Positions 1 to 8,822 of a stretch of 64,000 nucleotides of DNA are shown here, piece by piece. Below the pieces are notes generated by a model. That model did no database searches and was not told the origin of the DNA. It saw only the letters and a program-made list of their open reading frames with translations. Position numbers and translations under genes: made by a program. Positions within the stretch are counted from its first letter, which is position 1, and each line of letters starts with the position of its first letter. The DNA is taken from IMG/VR virus record IMGVR_UViG_3300046167_000801; one strand, given 5' to 3'. Source of the DNA: a virus (taxonomy: Duplodnaviria; Caudoviricetes).

Positions 1-1
1 A

Positions 2-829
2 ACTCTTAATTTATTACAGAATAAAGACGGAGAATACCTTGATACAAAGTGGACAGATGTCTATACGGAACAACCCACAAAAGACCCTGAAAAAGAAGGT
101 ATCTATGAACCTAATCATGATTCATCGGGACAATCTTTTGGAATGACAACTGTCAGTATAGAAGTAAAAGGTGTGAACTTTGTACCTGTAGTAAACATAA
201 GTTTTGTGGATATAAGAGGTAAAACTCTTTTTGAATCACCTAAAAATTCACCATATAAATCTTTTTTTCACCTACCATGGCCAATATTTTATTTAACAGT
301 AAAAGGTTTCTACGGTAAGGCGATAAGATACAGACTTCATTTAATTAATTTTAATACGTCATATAACGCGGGTAACGGTAACTTTGAAAGTACGGGTAAG
401 TTCGTTGGATCAACATACGCATATCTTAATGATATTTCTTTAACATCTATCCTTAATGCACCTTACATGTATGGTATTGAAATACCTACTAAAAAAGAGA
501 CGAACACAAAAACAGGGGAGTCAAAAGTCAAACTTTCAAAAACATCACGAGGTTATCAAACACTATTATCAGTATATCAAGAATATCGTAGAAAAGGTTT
601 AATAACAATACCTGAAGGTATTAACCCGACATTAAGAGAACTTATACAAAAATCAAAAAATTTAGATAAGGAGTTAGAAAAGGCAATATTTGGTGATAAA
701 GGTATTGTTGATATGAGACTATTTGGTTTGGTAAAGGAATTCGACGATGCGTTGGTAGAATTTGTTGGTGCGGTTAAAGCGTGGAAAACAAGATACCTAT
801 CAGATGGGTCTATCACCCTTCCCAGATGA
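2..829 (+). CDS. 5'-truncated N-terminal part of a large virion structural (baseplate hub-like) protein; probably one gene with 762..5480 via a +1 shift
   Basis: The frame is open from position 2 (TLNLLQNKDGEYLD...) through the listed 143..829 ORF. It ends CTT CCC AGA TGA while overlapping the next ORF in the +1 frame. Confidence 0.6.
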   Translation, partial: TLNLLQNKDGEYLDTKWTDVYTEQPTKDPEKEGIYEPNHDSSGQSFGMTTVSIEVKGVNFVPVVNISFVDIRGKTLFESPKNSPYKSFFHLPWPIFYLTVKGFYGKAIRYRLHLINFNTSYNAGNGNFESTGKFVGSTYAYLNDISLTSILNAPYMYGIEIPTKKETNTKTGESKVKLSKTSRGYQTLLSVYQEYRRKGLITIPEGINPTLRELIQKSKNLDKELEKAIFGDKGIVDMRLFGLVKEFDDALVEFVGAVKAWKTRYLSDGSITLPR

Positions 830-3800
830 AAACGGAATAAAATACAACTACCTCAGTAAGGATCAATCAAATAAGACAACAAATATAATTGGACCTAAGA
901 GTGGAACATTAGAATCAATCTTAAAAGTTAAAAGTGCGAAGATTAAAAAGATACAAAACTCGATAAGGGAATTACTTAAAAAATCAAGAAAAGAATTTAA
1001 AACCTTTAATGTTAGTGTAAAGAACCCATTAGTCGATATAAATTCATATTACTCTTCAACCGACCCAAAGTTGGGTGGTAAAATTGGTGTGGCCTACGAA
1101 TTAATAATAGATCACATAAATGAAATTATAACCTCATTTAATCAAGAAAAGAAAAAATTACAAGATAAGGTAGAGGAGAAAATGAACGAAATCGTTAAAA
1201 CCAACGGTAACGAAGGTTTAGGTTTCGAACCAACAATACGTAATGTTTTTGGTGTTGTTTTGGCAGGTGCAGATACTTACATAAGGTTAATGCAAAACGT
1301 ACATTTTCGAGCGTATAACGTAAGAGAAGAAAAGAAAAATATTTTAGTTGGATTTTCAGATGAAGCAACTTCCGAAGGTGCGGTTTATCCGTGGCCAGAA
1401 GTAAATAAGGTAAGTGACGATAAAAAGAAAATATTGGCATATCCTGCGGAGTTTGATCTGATACGAAAGTTGAGATCAGATAATCCTACGTTATGGCCTG
1501 AAGTTGAGTTCGTTGAAGAATACATGGCCGTATCCCAAAGAATTACAGATAATTTAGCGGAAAAGGAGAAGACTTTCGATAAGGTTAGTTTTGAGTTTGA
1601 AAATTCAGACCCTAATCAAAACGACCTAAAGAAGATTTCCGAAGTTAATAGTTTAACTGATGTTGTACCTTACTCGGATAAAACATTAGCATCTATGTTC
1701 TATGAAATTATAGAAAGATGTAAATATAGTATGTTGTTTGACAGTTTTAATACTGAAACATCGATAAAGGAACTTGCAGATTTAGAATTTAAAACCCTAC
1801 AATCTATGGTGGAAGGGGATTCGTTCGTTGTGGATATTCTAAAGGAAATCTCAACTTTCAGCCAATTAGAATCTAAACTTGAAAGTTTCTCACCTTTTGA
1901 AAGAAAACCATACTATGATGATGGGATTGCCACAGTACCTTATATTTCAGATAACATATACGAATCATTTAAGTTACAAGATTACTCTCCCGACGCATTA
2001 GAGTCGGCGGATATGAGTGAAGAGTATGAAAAATTAAAATCTAATTTAGTTGAATACTCTGTAGAAGAATATAGGACTAAAATATACCCTTTTAATTCTA
2101 CCACATATTTGGACTATATTAATAAGACTTCATTAACAAAGGACGATATTAATTTAAAGAACATTTATAAGGTTAATACAACTAAAGGACTTATACAAAC
2201 ACCCGTAAACCCCGAAGCATGGGTTCGTGATGATTTAAATGATCAAGGTAATTTCTTTAACATAAAATCATACTTAGATATAGGGGGTAATAACACTAAC
2301 ATTAGTTCTGTAATTAATACTCCTTATTTCCATAAATCATTATTTAATGATTTCTTTGGAACAAATAGTTCGGGTAAATATAAATCGTCCGCATACCTAC
2401 TTCTTAATTCACTACCATATCACGATTTAGACATGGAAATAGAGTTAGAAGAAGGTAAAAAAACAAGGATGTCAAACATCTTTAAAGAGATAAGTTCGAC
2501 ACACTTTATACCATATCACCTTATGGTGAAGTGGGGATCCATCTACCATAGATATAAAACATATGTATTAGATGGTATTGATATAATGAATGATGTTACT
2601 ACACCAATAGACGGTGGATTGTTTTTCGACATTAATCAGAATCAAACATTTTCAGGAATTACAAGAAATGATCAGACCGATATAGGTATACACCCTTATT
2701 ATTCGAGTGTGTACCACCAAGTTATTAATGGGTACCTTTATTATGATGTATCAGACACAACACCAACATCGTTTGAAAACACTATTACAAACGGTATTTT
2801 ACATATAGACTCATTCGAAAAGTTTGGTGGTTTTAAATATTATAATTCATTTGTTGATAATAGTAAGTTTGTTGGTGGTGAAAAAAGATACACTATTTTA
2901 CCATCTCACGGTACCGCACCAAGACTAGACGGTAGTTTAAATAATGGTTTTAACCCATACTCCACAGACTATAATATAACAGAACAGTATAATTTTAATG
3001 TCGATTGGACTTCTCCACATGGTGAAGAGTTCGCGTTTAGTGGAGTGACATTCCCACCATATAATCAATACGTAAGTAAAGACAACAATAACCAAAATCG
3101 TACAATAGGTGATAATAATAAAAAAGTTATAGACCTTATTGCAACATTCTCACCCGAAATATTAAATGAGTTTGAAGATGCGTTTATTAAGTTCTCTAGT
3201 GAGAAAGTTGATACGTATGAGTCACCAAAACAGTTTGAAACTGTACAATATGATAAATTTCAAGACTTGTTACATGATTTAGTTACGGTAGAAAAGAAGG
3301 ACGATGACGACTTAACAAATATCGGTAATCAGTTAGCAACAATAACCAATAGACAAATAGAACAACAAAAGTATGTCACTGATATAATGGTTAATTCTAA
3401 AAATTTGGTACAATTAACTTTATCAAATCCAAAAGAGTTAAACTTGAATGCAATTAGGACGTTCATTCCACAGAGTGTTAGGATGTATGAAAAGGGATAT
3501 GAATCATCACAGTTATCAAGTAACTTGAAGTTTATAGAATTATATCTCGGAGAAGACATGGACGGATATTATGAGGAATTCTTTCCGTTAAACGACATGG
3601 TCTTAAATGAAGAAAATATAATACACTATAGATCAATAATTCAAATTTATGCGGGATATAGAAAGAATGGGGGTGAGTTAAATAGGGATAGGTTTGTTAC
3701 ATATTTGAATGAATCAATTGCATTACCGTTTGAAGAAAGGGTAATTTCCTTTATCACTAGATTATTGGCTCAATTCCCTGGTTTAAAAAGACGTAAAGAT

Positions 3801-5480
3801 AAAAACAATAACTTAGGTGTATTGAGAACATTCGGTATGGATCCTTTAAAATTGGAAACATATAGTATGTTTAAACTCTTTAACGATAGGTGGTCTTCAG
3901 GAAATTCAATAGGACAAAGGTTACTAATGGAAGAGTTCTTATTTTTGGATAAGGCGAATAAAGATATTGGTGATGATTTGTTTTATGATGTAAAAAGACT
4001 TGAGGTTTTTGAAAAGGCGGAAAGTCAAAATTTAAAACTATACAATGTTATTTCTCAGATGTTATCAGGAAATAATTTAGATTTTAGGCCACTTCCAGCA
4101 TATGTTAATTTTTACGGTAACAGATCGGGTAAGACTAAAATAAAAAAATCTGAAGAGGTTGCATCGTTATTATTTGGTAAATTTTTAGATGTTGATGTTG
4201 AACATTCAACCCCTAAAATGATCGTTCAATACGTTGGTAAACCCTCATCTCATATTGACACATCAACAATTAGTGAAGAATATAAGTACAAGAATGATAC
4301 ATTTAATGTAGGTGATACAAACAATAATCCTGTATTAATAACCGAACCAAATTACTTTGAACAAGAAAATTTTAAAAATTCCAATAAAGTGGTTGCATTT
4401 GAGGTTAGTTTTGGTGATCAAAATCAAGGGATATTTAAATCAATTAGTTTAGACCAATCACAATTCAAAGAGACTTTTGAAAGTAATGTTGCGTTAGAGA
4501 ACACAGCAAGATCGGAATCAGGATCGGGGGTTGCACAAGTTAGTACAAATCTATACGACATATATAAGGTAAGATCTTATGAATGTACGGTAGAATGTAT
4601 GGGTAATGTCATGATTCAACCTACCATGTATTTCCAACTTAAAAATGTTCCTTTATTCGAGGGGGCATATTGGATTGTGGAGGTATCCCATAGAATAGAA
4701 AACAACCAAATTAAAACAAATTTTAAAGGAGTTAGGATGCCAAAGGCGAGTTTACCTGACCCAAAAGAATCCTTTACTGCATCATATAGAGTTATGTATG
4801 ATAAGATAATGAAAAGTGCGTTGGCTAAGATTAAATCACTAAATCAAACCGACACTACGGAAATCATATCAACATCTGAAGGTAATTTTAAGACCGATAG
4901 AGGTAATAAGATTATAGAGGGAGAAGAACTAATTAAAGAATCTGGTGTAACTAATTTGGGGGTACCATACAATGGTTATAAAAACATCTTGTCAATACAG
5001 AAAGTAAGATATAAGAATAAGACTTATTTTAGAAGTATCGTTACTAAATTCGATGGACCAACTAACCTAAACATGTCCTTACCCACACAGGTATCGTCAT
5101 CAATAACCGTTAATCCTAGTAAAGTTCCATTCACTGAGATAAACCAATCTAGTAATTATTTCTATAGATTGAACTTTTATTCTCCATACATGACAAAGAA
5201 AAACAATACAACACCGTCGCAAGTGTCAGATTATTTACTTACTTCTGCATCCACAGAATTCTTTAATCCAAAAAACGGTAGAAGAAAAACCATTGAAAGT
5301 TCATCCGTGTTAGACAATTCTGGAGGAGCCACAAGACAAATAACAGGACCCGCAGATCAGGGGGGTTCTAAATTGAATATTGGTGATGGTGCATTATACA
5401 GTGGAATTGCACTATCTAAACAACTAATGAAGGATTTAAAACTTCAAGAAGGTGACGTTATTTATTTTAATATCCTATAA
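762..5480 (+). CDS. Large virion protein, baseplate hub / late-control-D-like C-terminal region
   Basis: 1572-aa ORF. The segment RSYECTVECMGNVMIQPTMYFQLKNVPLFEGAYWIVEVSHRIENNQIKTNFKG resembles the conserved C-terminal part of gpD/gp27-like hub proteins. Its listed N-terminus is probably not a true start (see frameshift finding). Confidence 0.55.
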   Translation: MLVRLKRGKQDTYQMGLSPFPDENGIKYNYLSKDQSNKTTNIIGPKSGTLESILKVKSAKIKKIQNSIRELLKKSRKEFKTFNVSVKNPLVDINSYYSSTDPKLGGKIGVAYELIIDHINEIITSFNQEKKKLQDKVEEKMNEIVKTNGNEGLGFEPTIRNVFGVVLAGADTYIRLMQNVHFRAYNVREEKKNILVGFSDEATSEGAVYPWPEVNKVSDDKKKILAYPAEFDLIRKLRSDNPTLWPEVEFVEEYMAVSQRITDNLAEKEKTFDKVSFEFENSDPNQNDLKKISEVNSLTDVVPYSDKTLASMFYEIIERCKYSMLFDSFNTETSIKELADLEFKTLQSMVEGDSFVVDILKEISTFSQLESKLESFSPFERKPYYDDGIATVPYISDNIYESFKLQDYSPDALESADMSEEYEKLKSNLVEYSVEEYRTKIYPFNSTTYLDYINKTSLTKDDINLKNIYKVNTTKGLIQTPVNPEAWVRDDLNDQGNFFNIKSYLDIGGNNTNISSVINTPYFHKSLFNDFFGTNSSGKYKSSAYLLLNSLPYHDLDMEIELEEGKKTRMSNIFKEISSTHFIPYHLMVKWGSIYHRYKTYVLDGIDIMNDVTTPIDGGLFFDINQNQTFSGITRNDQTDIGIHPYYSSVYHQVINGYLYYDVSDTTPTSFENTITNGILHIDSFEKFGGFKYYNSFVDNSKFVGGEKRYTILPSHGTAPRLDGSLNNGFNPYSTDYNITEQYNFNVDWTSPHGEEFAFSGVTFPPYNQYVSKDNNNQNRTIGDNNKKVIDLIATFSPEILNEFEDAFIKFSSEKVDTYESPKQFETVQYDKFQDLLHDLVTVEKKDDDDLTNIGNQLATITNRQIEQQKYVTDIMVNSKNLVQLTLSNPKELNLNAIRTFIPQSVRMYEKGYESSQLSSNLKFIELYLGEDMDGYYEEFFPLNDMVLNEENIIHYRSIIQIYAGYRKNGGELNRDRFVTYLNESIALPFEERVISFITRLLAQFPGLKRRKDKNNNLGVLRTFGMDPLKLETYSMFKLFNDRWSSGNSIGQRLLMEEFLFLDKANKDIGDDLFYDVKRLEVFEKAESQNLKLYNVISQMLSGNNLDFRPLPAYVNFYGNRSGKTKIKKSEEVASLLFGKFLDVDVEHSTPKMIVQYVGKPSSHIDTSTISEEYKYKNDTFNVGDTNNNPVLITEPNYFEQENFKNSNKVVAFEVSFGDQNQGIFKSISLDQSQFKETFESNVALENTARSESGSGVAQVSTNLYDIYKVRSYECTVECMGNVMIQPTMYFQLKNVPLFEGAYWIVEVSHRIENNQIKTNFKGVRMPKASLPDPKESFTASYRVMYDKIMKSALAKIKSLNQTDTTEIISTSEGNFKTDRGNKIIEGEELIKESGVTNLGVPYNGYKNILSIQKVRYKNKTYFRSIVTKFDGPTNLNMSLPTQVSSSITVNPSKVPFTEINQSSNYFYRLNFYSPYMTKKNNTTPSQVSDYLLTSASTEFFNPKNGRRKTIESSSVLDNSGGATRQITGPADQGGSKLNIGDGALYSGIALSKQLMKDLKLQEGDVIYFNIL

Positions 5481-5504
5481 AGAGGACAATTAGTAAAAAC
5501 TTGA

Positions 5505-5512
5505 TATTTATA
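5505..5512 (+). promoter_or_regulatory. TATTTATA putative late promoter motif
   Basis: Lies 14 nt upstream of ATG 5527; the same motif precedes many structural genes. Confidence 0.6.
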
Positions 5513-5526
5513 ATAAAAAGAATATT

Positions 5527-5730
5527 ATGAGCAATATCAAAATAGGATCCGCAATTGACGGTTTTTTAAAAAACAAGACGGTTAAGAACCTCAATGAGGA
5601 AGGAACGGAACAAGAAGTTTGTGACATGAACACTGGTGAATGTTACACTATTAAAAGTAAAGATGGTCTTGTAGAAAGAATTAATAAAAAATATATTACC
5701 GAAGACGGTAGACAATTATTAAGAGATTAA
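5527..5730 (+). CDS. Small hypothetical protein (67 aa)
   Basis: ORF with AT-rich leader, tightly packed with the next gene. Confidence 0.7.
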   Translation: MSNIKIGSAIDGFLKNKTVKNLNEEGTEQEVCDMNTGECYTIKSKDGLVERINKKYITEDGRQLLRD

Positions 5731-5733
5731 AAG

Positions 5734-6399
5734 ATGAATTTAGAAAAACAACTACACGAAGAATTAATGAGATACCGTAGTATTAATAAGTACGGTAAAA
5801 ATTTAATACAAGAACAAGAAGAACCTATAGATGATATTCCTGTAGAGGAACCTGTAGATGACATTCCTGCGGAAGAACCTGTTGGTGATGCCCCTGTAGA
5901 TGACATTCCTGCTGAGGGACCTGTAGATGATATTCCTGCGGAGGAACCAGTAGACGGTGGTATCGAACCAGACGTAGAAGAGGTAGATATTACAGATCTT
6001 GTTAACATGACTCAAAATATTAAAAACGATTTAGATTCGTCTAAAAGTGATAATGACCAAGTTATGGGTAAAATGGGTGACCTTTTTTCTAAATTAGATG
6101 ATTTAGAGAGTAAATTATCTCAAATGGATAACGTAATAACCAAAATAGATGGTTTAGAATCTAAGGTTGAGGACATGAAAGAACCTACACCTCAGGAAAG
6201 ACTTGAGATGAGGTCGTTGGATTCATACCCATTTAATCAGAATCCTTCTGAGTTTTTCTCACAGAAACAACTTGATATGAAAGCGAGTGGTAAAAATGAA
6301 TACGTCATAACCAAACAAGATGTGGCGGATTATAACCCAGGAGAAATGAGAGATTCATTCAACCAAGAAAAACCTGATGAAAATGAGGTTGAGTGGTAA
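5734..6399 (+). CDS. Acidic coiled-coil protein with EEPVDDIP repeats (possible head-internal/scaffold-like protein)
   Basis: 221-aa ORF with an LHEE/LIQEQEE N-terminus, acidic Pro repeats and a heptad coiled-coil segment (LFSKLDDLESKLSQMD). Confidence 0.6.
   Translation: MNLEKQLHEELMRYRSINKYGKNLIQEQEEPIDDIPVEEPVDDIPAEEPVGDAPVDDIPAEGPVDDIPAEEPVDGGIEPDVEEVDITDLVNMTQNIKNDLDSSKSDNDQVMGKMGDLFSKLDDLESKLSQMDNVITKIDGLESKVEDMKEPTPQERLEMRSLDSYPFNQNPSEFFSQKQLDMKASGKNEYVITKQDVADYNPGEMRDSFNQEKPDENEVEW
5821..5958 (+). repeat. Imperfect ~27-bp in-frame tandem repeat (GAACCTGTAGATGACATTCCTGCGGAA-like, ~5 units)
   Basis: Directly visible repeated cctgtagatga(c/t)attcctg units encoding EEPVDDIPA. Confidence 0.85.
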
Positions 6400-6748
6400 T
6401 GTAAAATTCTTTCTTGAAGTACAATCACAACTTAAAGTACTACATTGGCAAACTAAGAGTCACGCAAAACACATATCTTTTGGAGAGACTTATAATGTGT
6501 TAGATGGTCTTATAGATAATTTTGTCGAAATTGCGATGGGTATCTACGGTAGATTTAAATTAGAGGAAGAAGAAACACACATATCTATTCAAAACCTTTC
6601 TGATGTTGACGTACTTGGAATGATCAAGACTGTGAGGAGTAGTTTACAACAAATAGAAATAAATCCGAAAGACACAGATCTACTTAATATTAAAGACGAA
6701 ATGTTAGCTCAGATCAACAAACTATCTTATTTACTGACACTTAAGTAA
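6377..6748 (+). CDS. Ferritin/Dps-like four-helix protein
   Basis: LKVLHWQTKSHAKHISFGETYNVLDGLIDNFVEIAMGIYGR matches the HW-x(n)-H...D...E pattern of Dps/ferritin-like proteins common in large phages. Confidence 0.55.
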   Translation: MKMRLSGNVKFFLEVQSQLKVLHWQTKSHAKHISFGETYNVLDGLIDNFVEIAMGIYGRFKLEEEETHISIQNLSDVDVLGMIKTVRSSLQQIEINPKDTDLLNIKDEMLAQINKLSYLLTLK

Positions 6749-6775
6749 AAAATACTACATATAAAAAAATTAATA

Positions 6776-6807
6776 AAGTTCAAGGGGTTGACTCTTGGAC
6801 TTTTTTT
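6776..6807 (+). terminator. Intrinsic terminator hairpin
   Basis: AAGTTCAAGGG-GTTGA-CTCTTGGACTT forms an 11-bp stem with two G-U pairs and runs into a T tract (6801-6807). Confidence 0.65.
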
Positions 6808-6818
6808 GTGTATCTTTT
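6788..6818 (+). promoter_or_regulatory. Putative early/middle promoter TTGACT-N17-TATCTTTT upstream of the replication operon
   Basis: A near-identical element occurs at 54328-54362. It fits both sigma70 spacing and the Bacteroidota TTG-N20-TAnnTTT(G) pattern. Confidence 0.65.
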
Positions 6819-6852
6819 TTATATAACATTAATAAATTAAAATTTAAAAATT

Positions 6853-7698
6853 ATGAGTTCAATCGACGCAATTCTTTCTCAGTATGAGAAAAACACGCAA
6901 CCAGCCGCAGGCGGCAACAGAATTTCCAGTGAGGAAAGACTTAAAAAGTACTTCACTACAATTCTTCCTAAAGGAACACAATCAGGACAAAAGAGAATTA
7001 GAATTCTCCCAACAACTGACGGTACAAGTCCGTTCCAAGAAATCGCATTCCATGAAGTACAAGTAGATGGGAAATGGTTAAAACTTTATGATCCATCACA
7101 AGATGGTGACGTATCTCCGTTAAACGAGGTAAGACAAAGTTTATTATCAACAGGAAGTGAGGATGACAAAATCTTGGCAAGAAATTATAGAGCAAAAAAA
7201 TTCTATATAGTCAAAGTTATCGATAGAGATAACGAACAAGATGGTCCAAAATTTTGGAGATTCAAACACAACTACAAAGGTGATGGTAATTTAGATAAAA
7301 TTATACCTATCATTAGAAGTAAAGGTGATATTACAGATGTTGTTGAAGGTAGAGATTTAATACTATCGTTAGCCGTAACTAAGGCAAACAATGGTAGAGA
7401 ATACACTACTATCAACTCAATTATTCAAGAAGATAAGTCAGGTTTACATACTGATCCTGAAGTAAGTAACGGATGGGTTAATGACCCACAAACATGGAGA
7501 GATGTTTACTCTGTTAAACCTCTTGAGTACTTACAATTGGTAGCATCAGGTGAAAACCCTGTTTGGGATAAAGACGCTAAGAAGTTTATATCTTCTATGG
7601 GTGGTGAGGAAACATTTGGAGGATCATCAATGACACCTAAGGTAGAAGTGGAAGATCCACAATCAACAACAAAAGTAGACGACAACCTACCATTTTAA
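6853..7698 (+). CDS. Single-stranded DNA-binding protein (T4 gp32-like)
   Basis: RIRILP...F...H...KFYIVKVIDR...GPKFWRF pattern, acidic C-terminal tail ending DDNLPF, and position at the head of the recA/helicase block. Confidence 0.75.
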   Translation: MSSIDAILSQYEKNTQPAAGGNRISSEERLKKYFTTILPKGTQSGQKRIRILPTTDGTSPFQEIAFHEVQVDGKWLKLYDPSQDGDVSPLNEVRQSLLSTGSEDDKILARNYRAKKFYIVKVIDRDNEQDGPKFWRFKHNYKGDGNLDKIIPIIRSKGDITDVVEGRDLILSLAVTKANNGREYTTINSIIQEDKSGLHTDPEVSNGWVNDPQTWRDVYSVKPLEYLQLVASGENPVWDKDAKKFISSMGGEETFGGSSMTPKVEVEDPQSTTKVDDNLPF

Positions 7699-7705
7699 TT
7701 AACAC

Positions 7706-7785
7706 GGACCCACCCAAAACAATTATTGATGGAAACATCTGGTGGAGTAAGAAAAACCGATTAGTCGGTCCCTACGGGTGGGTCC
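7706..7785 (+). ncRNA. Candidate structured RNA/DNA element (multi-stem) between ssb and recA
   Basis: Perfect 10-bp closing stem GGACCCACCC/GGGTGGGTCC enclosing GATG-GAAA-CATC (GNRA loop) and ACCGA-TTAG-TCGGT hairpins; GC-rich in an AT-rich genome. Confidence 0.5.
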
Positions 7786-7800
7786 ATTTTAAAAAAGAAT

Positions 7801-8796
7801 ATGGCAATTAAGAAAAAAGATTTTAAAAGTATCAAATCAAAGTTCTCTAAACAGGCGAAGTTTAAGTCTGATAAGTTTTTTGATTTAGGTGATGCGTTTT
7901 TAGATGCTACAGGATTACCAGGTCCGTCCATGGGACATATTAATATGTTTTTAGGACACTCAGATACAGGTAAAACAACGGCACTTGTTAAAACCGCAGT
8001 CGACGCACAGAAGAAAGGTGTACTTCCTGTTTTTGTAATTACAGAACAGAAGTGGGATTTTCCACACGCAAAATTAATGGGTCTTGATATTGAAGAAACA
8101 GTTGATGAAGAAACAGGAGAAATTGAATACGATGGATTTTTCTTATTCAATAATGAATTTCAATATATAGAACAAATTACTGATTACATAAATGAATTAT
8201 TAGACGCTCAGAAGAAAGGTGAATTAGAATATGATTTACTATTCTTGTGGGATTCGGTTGGGTCCGTACCATGTAAAATGACATTTGATGGTAAAGGGGG
8301 TAAACAACATAATGCATCGACGTTAGCCGATAAAATCGGTATGGGATTAAATCAGAGAATTTCAGGTTCAAGACGAGTTGATTCAGAATATACAAATACA
8401 CTTGTTATTGTTAATCAACCATGGGTTGAACTTCCTGATAACCCATTTAGTCAACCAAAAATTAAGGCAAAGGGTGGTGAATCAATATGGTTAAACTCCA
8501 CACTTGTATTTAGGTTTGGTAATCAGAAAAATGCGGGTACTAACCCTATCTCTGCAGTTAAAGACAAGAGAAAGGTAAAATTCGCAACAAGAACGAAGAT
8601 TTCTATCATGAAAAACCATGTAAATGGTCTTGGATATGAAGATGGTAGAATCATTGTGACCGCACACGGGTTTCTAAGTGGAAAAGATTCTACTGAGGAA
8701 AAGAAATCCTTAGAGGGATACAAAAAGGAACACGCAGAGTTTTGGAAAGACCAATTGGGTATCGAGGGTGACTTCGACATCAAAGAGGAGGTATAG
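7801..8796 (+). CDS. recA: RecA/UvsX-like recombinase
   Basis: Walker A GHSDTGKTT, Walker B LFLWDSVG, and downstream LVIVNQ and GG motifs typical of the RecA family. Confidence 0.85.
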   Translation: MAIKKKDFKSIKSKFSKQAKFKSDKFFDLGDAFLDATGLPGPSMGHINMFLGHSDTGKTTALVKTAVDAQKKGVLPVFVITEQKWDFPHAKLMGLDIEETVDEETGEIEYDGFFLFNNEFQYIEQITDYINELLDAQKKGELEYDLLFLWDSVGSVPCKMTFDGKGGKQHNASTLADKIGMGLNQRISGSRRVDSEYTNTLVIVNQPWVELPDNPFSQPKIKAKGGESIWLNSTLVFRFGNQKNAGTNPISAVKDKRKVKFATRTKISIMKNHVNGLGYEDGRIIVTAHGFLSGKDSTEEKKSLEGYKKEHAEFWKDQLGIEGDFDIKEEV

Positions 8797-8822
8797 AATT
8801 GTTGAACCTATAAAAGGTAAAA

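Noticed and set aside
827-829. Stop-codon reassignment (TGA or TAG read-through) as an explanation for split genes
   Set aside because: Reading through TGA 827-829 hits TAA within ten codons. TAG, TGA and TAA all end genes cleanly next to the following start (for example TAGATG at 23206-23211 and 60645-60650).
7706-7785. tRNA or hammerhead ribozyme identity for the structured element
   Set aside because: There is no TTC-type T-loop, anticodon arm or CCA end, and the hammerhead CUGANGA core is absent. It is kept only as an unclassified structure.
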